DNA of 21,949 nucleotides from positions 1-21,949 of the forward strand of contig CAYXAY010000010.1 of assembly GCA_964463155.1 (NCBI GenBank). The letters are read 5' to 3'. Source of the stretch: an uncultured archaeon. GTDB taxonomy: Archaea; Iainarchaeota; Iainarchaeia; Iainarchaeales; CSSED10-239. The position numbers were made by a program, and so were the translations under genes. Position 1 is the stretch's first letter. Each line of letters begins with the position of its first letter. This document shows, piece by piece, positions 1 to 9,600 of this stretch. Under the pieces are notes generated by a model. It was not told where the DNA came from. It saw only the letters and a list, made by a program, of their open reading frames with translations, and did no database searches.

Positions 1-302
1 AGCTTTTCTGTTCTTTTGTAGATTCTCTCTGTTTTCTTGTCTATTCCCTGAACAACAAGCTTTACTTTTTCTAGGTCTTTTGCAAGACTGTCGCTTTTCT
101 GGTGAGAGACATGAAGAGTAGATATCCTTGAGAACTGGATGTCAAGCTTATTGTATTTTGCCTCAATGTCTGATAGCCTGTCATCAGTAGCATCTATTCT
201 CTCCTTAAACTTGTTTGCTACAAATCTAATAAAAAACACAAAAATAATTAATAAGAACAGAGAATTAACCAAAAGAATAAACAACAGTTCTGTATAGGTC
301 AT
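1..302 (-). CDS. Small single-pass membrane plus coiled-coil protein, paralog of 305..637. Its 3' end runs off the left window edge (partial). Not in the supplied ORF track.
   Basis: ATG at 302..300 on the minus strand, preceded by GAGGT five nt upstream and lying 2 nt after the stop of 305..637. My hand translation is open to the window edge: MTYTELLFILLVNSLFLLIIFVFFIRFVANKFKERIDATDDRLSDIEAKYNKLDIQFSRISTLHVSHQKSDSLAKDLEKVKLVVQGIDKKTERIYKRTEKL. It aligns with the 305..637 product: both start MT, then a hydrophobic helix, and share a KDLEKVK.V.QGIDKKTE.I.KRTEKL tail. Nucleotides 1..100 are visibly similar to 321..420. Confidence 0.6.
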   Translation of the reverse strand, partial: MTYTELLFILLVNSLFLLIIFVFFIRFVANKFKERIDATDDRLSDIEAKYNKLDIQFSRISTLHVSHQKSDSLAKDLEKVKLVVQGIDKKTERIYKRTEK

Positions 303-304
303 TT

Positions 305-637
305 TTACCTCTTATTATATAGTTTTTCTGTTCTTTTAAATATCTTTTCTGTTTTCTTGTCTATGCCTTGGATAACGAACTTTACCTTCTCTAGGTCCTT
401 TGAAAGACTGCTTTGATGATTTGTTGTCTTGTCTGAAACCCTAGAAAAATTGCAATCCATCTTTTCTATCTTGTTTTCAACAAACTTACAACGCTCTTCA
501 AGGTTTTTTATCTTGTCGTGATTGTCCTCTATTTGTTCATTAAATCTTTCAGAAACATGTCTTATAATAAATATCACAATTATTATTGTAATTATGAAAT
601 TAATAAGTAATATTAGTATTAAATCTCCACCTGTCAA
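305..637 (-). CDS. Small (110 aa) single-pass membrane protein with a charged helical, probably coiled-coil, C-terminal part. Function unknown.
   Basis: ORF track. N-terminal hydrophobic helix LILILLINFIITIIIVIFII, followed by R and a K/E-rich helical segment. The start is TTG at 637, one nt after the TAA of the giant gene, suggesting translational coupling. A paralog lies immediately downstream. Confidence 0.6.
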   Translation of the reverse strand: MTGGDLILILLINFIITIIIVIFIIRHVSERFNEQIEDNHDKIKNLEERCKFVENKIEKMDCNFSRVSDKTTNHQSSLSKDLEKVKFVIQGIDKKTEKIFKRTEKLYNKR

Positions 638-638
638 A

Positions 639-3600
639 TTATCTCAACCCCACAATCCTATCAAATATACTATTATTATAACCTAGAGGTTTATATTTTT
701 TTCTGCGTCTTGACCCTGCAACATAGCCAACAATAAACAATACAAGGATTACAACTGAAGCGCCTATGTAAATGTTTGTTGGGTGGTACATAATAAAACC
801 GCGAGTATTTTCTCTTGTATTAACCACCACAAGAATTTCTTTGTATAACTTGTCTTCCGTTGTTCCAGAGAAGTTTGTTCCTTTGTTGTTTTTAACAACC
901 AAAACCAAATTTTGCACGCCACTTCTATAAGAGGTCATTACCTTAAATATTATTTTTTTTGTTTCGCCTTTCTTAAATGTAAATTTATATTCGTCTATGT
1001 CGATTGACCAATCTTTTGGGGCCAATAATGATACAGAAATGTTTTGCTCGTCGTTACTTGTGTTTTGCAAAATACATTCTATTTCTCCTGAGCTGTTGAT
1101 GTAAAGTTTTGAAACCCTTATGTCATCAAACTTTATTTCAGCTAATGACTTTTCTAGGATTCTAGAAACGCTATCAACGCTTACAAGACCGCCTTTTGTT
1201 TTTATTATAAAGGAGATTAATGTGTCTCCGATTTTAGCATCCTCTGGGATTCTTAGTTTTATTATAACATTTGCTTCTTCATAAGGCAATAGATTTGTCT
1301 TATCTATCTCAATAGTATACCATTCTTTTGGTATGTTTCTTAGAGTTATCTCTAGGTCTTTAAGGACATCGTCGCCTGTGTTTTTGATTTTTAGGACATA
1401 GAACTCTATGTCTCCTTGCTTTACAACCATCTCGCTAGGGTATTCAAACAAAGATATCTGCCCGCCGTCTATTGGCATATTGATAAAACCGGTTATTCCG
1501 CCTGAAGAACCACCACTAGCTGAGCCACCACCACCCCCGGAACCTCCGCCGCCTTGGTTTGTGTCTTGATTGATAGCAACAAACATCTTTGATGCTGCAC
1601 TCATTTCTATTCCATAATATACTTTTACTTTAAACCAATATGTTCCAACATTTTGAGTCAACAAAGTAAGATTTGTTGTCCAGGATTGGCCTGGAGAAAT
1701 CAATTTTGCTCCACTTGAATAATCAATATCATCATTGCCACCACATTGGTTTGTTTGATCAAAAACTATACAGTATTCATATTGGTATTCTTGTGTTGTG
1801 GTTCCTTCGTTTGTTATTAGGACATTTGCAGTGATTGTTGGAACAGTGACATCAGTCATTGCTATAATCTTAACCTCCGGAGGATTTCCTGTTAGTTCCC
1901 AGAAATCACTTGGCTTTGTTGTTACTCCTTTTACTGTTGTTGTAGCTATTGCCTCCCAAACCCCAGCTATCTGCCCTGTTGTAGAAGTGAAATTATAAGT
2001 GTATATTCCTGTTTCAGATAAAGTCATTGGTACATTATTGACAACCAAGTTTCTTGACGGATCGTATAAGGTTATTGTTGGAACAGCATCTGCGTTTCTT
2101 GGAGAACCGTTATGGTCAAACGCCCAAAGCTTTGCGCGATAAATGCTTCCAGGAGCTAATCTATCAAAGTCGCTTAAGACAACAGTAAATTTACTAAGTT
2201 CATTAATATAAATGTTGTTTGTTGTGTCATTAATGTCAGCAAGAAGTGCTTGCATTTGAAGAAGAGCTGCAGAAATGCTTGATTGACTTGCATTAATGTC
2301 CTTTAATGTGTTGTTAATATCAATTATGCCACCGCTTATGCTTGAAACAGAAGAACTTATGTTTGAAACCGCGTTGTTGGTCTGGCCAATAGTGGTGTTT
2401 GTATCTGTTACTGTTTTATTAATATCAGTTACTTTGCTGTTAATATCTGTTAGTCTTTGGTTTATTGTTTTTATGTTATTTGAAGTTGTTGTAAGATTTG
2501 TGTTTATTCCTTGGATGCTTGAAGTTATTGTGCTTGTTGAATTATTTAAATCCGAAATTGTTAAGAAAGTGTTTGTGCTTATAGAATTGATGTCTAGCAC
2601 ATTATTTCCAATAACATTCATTGCTTGATTTAAATCAAGGACGCTTGCGCCTAAGTTATTTGTGCTACCTATTATTGTTTGAAGGCTTATGCATATGTTA
2701 CTATCGGGATTGCCTGCGCAATTTAGGTTATTGTATATTAAAGAAAGATTACCATCTATTGTCAATTGGTTGCTTTGTATTGTGCTTAGAGAAGTTAATA
2801 TGTTTAATAATGATAGATTGTTTGAAAGATTGACATCTGTCAGGTTTTGAGAAAGATTATTTAAAAGATTGACAAGGTTATTGTTTGTAGCGGTAACCAT
2901 TGTTTGAGTGGTTAATATTTCCGACTTAATCTGAGTAACATCTGTGGCTAAATAGTTGACGTTTTTTGTTAAATCAGTTAAGCTTGTAAGGCTTGCGGTT
3001 GTTGTGCTATCAATATTGTTTATTGTGTTACTTACTTGGTTCATTGTAGCATTTAAATCCACTATTCCGGAATCTAAACTATTTATTGAAGAAAATAAAC
3101 TATTTATTAATAAAGTAATTTCGTTTATGTTTGCACATAGTGGTAATACATTTTCATCAGCACAACTTAAATTATTCAAATCAGATATTATCCCTGACAG
3201 ACTTAGTTGTATTGATCCTTGATTGTATTCCAAGGTTGAAAGAAAATTTGTTATTCCTAATAGAGATAATTGGGTTCCTACATTTACATCAGAAATCAAA
3301 GAACTAATATTTGACAAATTATTACAAACACTGTGTTGAAGGGAGTTGTTTGCACAATTTAGCGATGTTTGAATATTTAAAATCTCTGTTTGTATGGTTT
3401 GAGTGTCTGTTTCTATGCCTGTTACTTTTGCTAAAATAAATTTACTGGTTGTATTTATGTCTGTAACTGTTGAATATATGTTTCCGGCTGTGTCATTTAA
3501 ATCATTTACTGTTTGGGTGATTGTTAATGTTGTAGAGTCAATATTGTTTATTGTTGAACTCATTCCAAGAAGAGTATTGTTCATATCTTGCAAGTCGTTA

Positions 3601-6600
3601 TACAGGCTCGCTAATTGATTGCACACCCCGCCGGCTGGAGCAGAAGAACAGGTGTTTATTATTTCTTGGATGTTTGAGGTTGCTGTGTTTATATAATTTA
3701 CATTATTATCAATGTTTGTTAAAGTTGAAGAAATCAAATGCAGTTGAGCTTCTGAAGAAGTTACTGTGCTATTTATGTCTTGAGAATAATTTAAGATTGA
3801 TTGTAATGTTGAATCTAAGGAGGCTATGTCTCCGGTGCTTGCCATATTTCCTTTTATGTAACTAACATTTGAATCTATGTTTAATATTGTTAAATTTATT
3901 GAAGCAACATTAGAATTTATGGTGTTTAATGTATTATTCATCGTTGATAATGTGGTGTTGATTGTTGAAATGTTTTGGTTTATGTCTTGGTTGATTGCTA
4001 AGATTTGTTGCAACAAGGCATTTTGGTCAATTATTGCTTGATTGATATTTGAAACAACTATATTAAGATTTATCAATCTGTCACAAACACTGTTTTCCGG
4101 AGATGTTGAACAACTAAGAAGATCTTCAAGGGATGAAATATTGGTCTTTAGGCTTTGGATGTTGCCATCTATTAAAGACAATTTGGAATTTAGGAGATTG
4201 CTTGTGGAGTTGATTGTTGTAACTGTTGAATAAATGTTGTTTGTGACATTGTTTAAATCAATTATGTTTTGACTTATTATGTTGTTTGTAGAGTTAATTG
4301 TTTGGGTTGTTGAATTGATGTTGTTTAAAACTGCATTCATGTCTGAAAGATTTGTTGTTAAACCATTAAGTTTTCCACAAATGCTTGCTTGAGGACTACT
4401 TTCACAAGTGTTTATGGTTCTGTTGATGTCTATTGCTGTTGTTCTTATTGAATTAATTGTTGAGTTTATATCAAGCAGGCTTGCTTGAAGTTGAGATAGT
4501 GTGTTTGAGGAACTGTGTACTTGAGAATTAATTTCCATTGAATAATTAAGTATTGATTGAATGTTTGTGTTAAGAGCAGAAATGTTTGCCGAAGTTGCCA
4601 TGTTTGTTTTGATATAATTAACATTGGAATCGATGCTGCTTACAATTGTGTTGATTACATTTACATTTGTGTTAATGGTGTTTACTGTGCTATTGATGTT
4701 ATTAACTGTGCTGTTAATTGTGTTTACTGTTCCATTGATTGAATTTATCATTGAATTAATGTCTAATGCTAAGAAATAAATCATATAAAGTGTCTGGTTT
4801 TGATCGGTTGTTAACCCACCGCCTCCCCCTCCAATAACAGAACTTGTTGCTTGATTGACATCAAAGGAAGCTGCACACAAAAACCTGTTTGTGCCTATGT
4901 TTTGATCAATCTTAAGATTATATCCTCCGCCTGTGCTTGGAGCAGTAAATGATTTGTAGTACCAGCCACCTCCAAATTCTGTTAAGTTATAATTGTTTAG
5001 CAGATTGTGATCATAATCATATAGTTTTACTATTGGCGACAAACTCGTCACTGGCGTGTTTGAAGGCCCAATCATTAAAGCCGTTAACGAAACAGTAGAA
5101 TTAAGTGACCAAGTCCCTGGCACAAATATCTGACAACGAGCTTGATTGGTTGCAATAGAACGCAAACTATTTAATCTTATTAAATATTGTTGAAGCGTGT
5201 TTTGGGTTAATATCTTTAAATCATAATATCGACCTGCTGTTGTTGCGGTTTGGGCCTGGGAATAATAACTGTTTATACTTGTTAAATAAGAGTTTGCATA
5301 ATTACAATCGCTTTGTGAGGCCGGCGCTAGAAGAACAAGACAATATCCTGCAAGCTCAGAAGAATAATTATTTGCGGAATTATAATCTGTTTGAATATCT
5401 TTAAAGTATTTGTTTGTACCTACAATCTTTAGTGCTTTTGATTCGTTTGTTACAAAATTTTGCTTAATATAAATTATTGGTTTGTTTTGAGAATTTGTGT
5501 GTATTAGATAATTGCTGGAGTTCAAATCCAAGTAATTTGTTGTTGAAGTTAATAGAGAATTATTTAAGAGAACAGTTACTGGTTGAGTTCTATCTATCCC
5601 CTCAGAAACTTCTGCGCTCACTATGTAATTGGATAAATTATTTGCAATAACATTTTGAAGAGTTATGTTTTGAGTTATTGTAGTTGTATTGGCATCAGAA
5701 AATGAGTGGTTATTTGTTATTAATATTTCGCTTACTGCAGAGCTTACAACAAAGGAACCAATTATTGTTCCTGTGTTGTTTGAGGTCATAGCAATTATCT
5801 CTAAAACATAGGTTCCGTTTGTTGTGTTACTGTCTAATATGAAGTTGTGTGTATAGGTTCCATTATTGTTATTTGTCATTGGAGTAGTCAATAATACATT
5901 GCCACTTGGACCAATTAATCTTAAGGATAATATTGCATTAGTTATTAAACTGCCTATAATTGCATCAGTTACCGTCGCATTCACTATCACTTGATTTCCT
6001 GCAACAAACGCTGTTTGGTTTAAAGAAAGATTAATTGCAAGAGAAGAAATCTTAAAAGAGGTTGTTCCTGTGATTTCTCCATTGTTGTAAGTTGCTTTAA
6101 AGAAATAAAGACCGGCTTGAGCCGTTGTGGGTATGTTATAATCATAGATAAAATTCCCATTTGCATCAGTTGTTGTCTGAAAGGTAGTTAATGGGACTGT
6201 TGGTGCTGAATTTTTAAAAACCTGAACAATTATTGGAGCATTTGCAAGATTGTCGCTATTTTTCATCATAAATCCATTAACTCTTATTGTATTTCCACGA
6301 AGATATTCTCTACTATCTCCTCCTGAGAGAATCATAAATGCTGTGTTTTTCCAATCTCTTAAAAGGAATTGATTTTGATATAATGCATCTTGAAGTCGTG
6401 GAAATACTCTACTCATTAGCTGGTTGTAATCATCAGGATTATTGCTCGTATAAAGAGTATCAAAAGTAAACTCTGAACCACTAAGCATAGGGTTGATTAA
6501 AATTTCGGTCATGAAATCGTTTGTTGGCTGCATCGCGGCAGTATTAAACCACACATTGTGTAAATAGTTTCTAAGCCTATTATATTCCCTGTTAGATTGA

Positions 6601-9600
6601 TAATAAGCAGACCATGGTTGAGAGGCTGTTAATGCTCCCGCAAAAAAGGTAAATATTAATGTTGATGTAGTTGCTGGGACTAAACAGAAAGACCTAGAAT
6701 CAAATCTTGAAAAATCACATTGCCACGGCTGTATGTTTTTGTGTTTTGTGCCTTCGTTTAATTGATCGTGAGAATCAATTATTTGGGTATAGTCCGTATA
6801 GTGTTTGTAATCCCATAAGGAGTTATGTCTTGTATATAGTGCAGCATCAATCCCGAGATCTGGAAGGGTTGTAACTTTGTTTGGTCTTCCATCTATAACA
6901 TTTTCTATTGCTGTGCTTAGTGATCCTGATGTTGGGTAAAGAGAGGCAACTGATGGTCTAAAAGAACTGTATTGTTCTTTATTGTCTTCTCTTCTTGGAC
7001 AAATTGTTCCTTGTTGGGTTGTTGAAAAGTTTTTTATCCAACCGGGTCCTAAATCTAGATCACCAAACGGATTTGCTCCTATATTCCAATTACATGGAGA
7101 TTGAAGATAGGTTAGATTTGAATCCTCTTTGTTCCAAATCTTTGTTTCAGAATATGCTTTTTTATTATATGCAAAACTTGGAGCCCATGCATATCTTGTA
7201 AATCCACTTAATTGTTCTGCGCCTGTTGTTGCATAACCGCTAATTACCATAGGATCAGAGCTTGAAGTAAAAAACCATTTGCCATAGAATTGAGCGCCTC
7301 TTTGTGTTTCTGTGTAATCAAGAACACCATTTATATTTAGAATATTATTAATATAAAGATTAGAAGGATATGGTCTTTCTGGTTTTGCATTTTCAGCAAC
7401 AACAACATTTACATCTCTTTGGAATAATAAATATCTACCAATTGAACCAACACTTGTACTAAATATTACAACTGATGTTGCACAAGGAATATTATTTCTG
7501 CTTGTTTCTACCTTTCTGGTTGAGGAGTTAGAAATTAAATTTTCTAAATCCATTAAAAAATCATCATAGCCTTTGTAACCATACTCTTCAGTTGGGCAAA
7601 CATCTAAAATAAATGTTGATAATTTTGCGGTGGTGTTGTATTGGGAACTAAGAGACAAAGGAGGCATCCATCTGTTTTCTCTGTTGTCTGGAATATAGAG
7701 ATTTGGTTTTAGATAAAATTTTGCTATAGCATTTGGATCAACATATCTGTTATGCGCAGTACGATAGATTGATTCTTTAGGGAATGCATTGACATAACCT
7801 AGATTTCCAACATCCGGAATTACAGAACTTAGATTGGAATCACAAGAAATAAAATCTGTTGTATATGCTGTTGCAAAAGTTGCTGCGTTTGTTGTGTCTG
7901 TTGGAGAGTTTGGTCTCCATGAAAAGTAAGGCCATACTTTGTGAACTGTACAACCTTTACCTGTTTTTCCTATTGCTGAAGAAACATTTGAAAAGGTGTT
8001 GTTATAATCTATAGTGAATTGAAGGGGCAATGGACTTGCTGTTAATGTTGCAGTTTTCTTGTCTGGCGAATATACTGCCGGAATAAAAGCATCCATTAGT
8101 TCTTTTCTTCCAGACCAATCAACATAATTATTGTTTGCAACGGTTGCTGTTCCTTGAGGGATTAATGCGAAAACTGCAATAAAATAATATGGAGGATAAT
8201 TCTGGGAAATTCCTGTTGTCATAATGGGAAGAGGAGAATTAAGTTTTGACATCATTCTTATCCTTCCAGTGTTATTAAAGAAATACCAGCGAGTCATTAT
8301 GATTCTTGTTTGGGGAGAGGTGGCATTTGGATTCCCGGGGGTTGGAGAATGTGGAGAAACCGTGAAGTTTCCTGTGTTCATGTCTATTCTTGTAAATATT
8401 TTGTCCCGGTTATAACTTCTTTGATAACATCTTGAGGCAAAGGTTGCTTGTGCTGCGCCAGTGGTGTTTGTTGTTAAACCAAGACCTGTTCCTGTGCTTT
8501 GTGAATTTAAGTAACCTATGTTTAATGAATATCTTGTTGTTGCGTGATTAAACCAAGTTGCAGCATAGCCGCCAAAATTAAATGCAAATTGGTTGCTTGC
8601 AGTTGCACCAACACCTGGTTGTGACCATTTGTACCAATTGGTGCTATTAATGTCTATTATGTCTGTTCCTGCACCGCAAGTCCCTGAGACAAAAGTAACA
8701 ATTAAATCTGTTTGACCAGTTGGAGAAATTGCGGCGGTTAAAGAGTTGTAATATAGACGATATTGTTTTGTTTGACTTAAAGAAAAATTATCTTGGATAA
8801 ACAAAGTATAGTTGTTGTCAGGAGCACAAACCTCTGAGTCTAATTGGAAAAGACCTATTGGAGTATTAGTGTGGTCTGTTACAATCAAATCAGAACAATT
8901 TGATTTTATTCCGTTTGTAAAATTAACATCAAACCAAAAAGGTTCGTTTGTTCTTGAGATTATCCCTGGTTCTGTTGCAATAAAATCAATTCTGTTTGAA
9001 TAAATGTTTGTGCCGATTACAAAACTTCCGCTTTGATTTTGACCTTGAGAAACAATAATTGGGTGTGCTATTTTTTTGGTGTCCTCATCAATGTAATTCC
9101 AATGCCTATTACCATCGGTTCCTGCCCCAAGGGGTTTTGTAAGGAAATAAGATTCGTTCCAAGAATCAATTGAAGCATCAAAAAAATCCTGTATTGAATT
9201 TTTAGCAGCGTCATTTGCAAAAACGGTTGATTGACCTAATTGATTTGACCATAAATTGTTGTTTTTTCCAAACCTTGTTGCATAACCTAAAATCTGATTA
9301 TTGGTTGGATTATGACTTGATATCCAGGCCCATTTATCTTCGCCATAGGTTTTTGTTATAGGATAATCGCTCCAGCTTTTTGGATTAACTAAAAAATAGT
9401 TTGCAATTGAAGCAAGTTTGACGCCGTTTTGAGTATGTAAAAGATTTGTGCTTACCGGCATATTTTCATATAAACAATATCTATTGTTTATGTGCCAACC
9501 AAACAACTTGTCAGGATATGTTGCTGTTTGACAGAATATTCCACTATCAAATTCATCAAACATGAATTTCAGATTATTGAAAGGAGTTGGATTAGGAAGA

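Noticed and set aside
639-800. Sortase (LPXTG) or archaeosortase (PGF-CTERM) sorting signal at the C-terminus of the giant protein
   Set aside because: I looked for both motifs before the final TM helix and found neither. The tail continues 24 residues past the helix, so it looks like a plain TM anchor.
1798-4742. Nine plus-strand ORFs of 61-110 aa in the track (1798..1998, 2296..2628, 2621..2833, 2956..3222, 3403..3618, 3551..3865, 4042..4233, 4557..4742) antisense to the giant gene
   Set aside because: They lie wholly inside the 10.6-kb minus-strand ORF. Their products are Leu/Val/Phe/Cys-rich nonsense typical of the reverse complement of Asn/Ile/Thr/Ser codons, where AAT, ATT and ACA give few antisense stops. 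They have no SD or promoter context.
4615-4765. 21-nt tandem repeats that could superficially suggest a CRISPR-like or satellite array
   Set aside because: There are no unique spacers and the units are contiguous. They are in frame with the giant ORF, each encoding one heptad (I-N-S-T-V-N-x), so this is a coding repeat.
1497-4832. GC-rich glycine tracts (1497..1553 and 4815..4832) as possible slipped-strand phase-variation sites
   Set aside because: The longest true homopolymer is only five C. The codons are mixed (ccc, acc, gcc, tcc), and the tracts are in frame as Gly or Gly/Ser hinges between domains. A linker function is the simpler reading.
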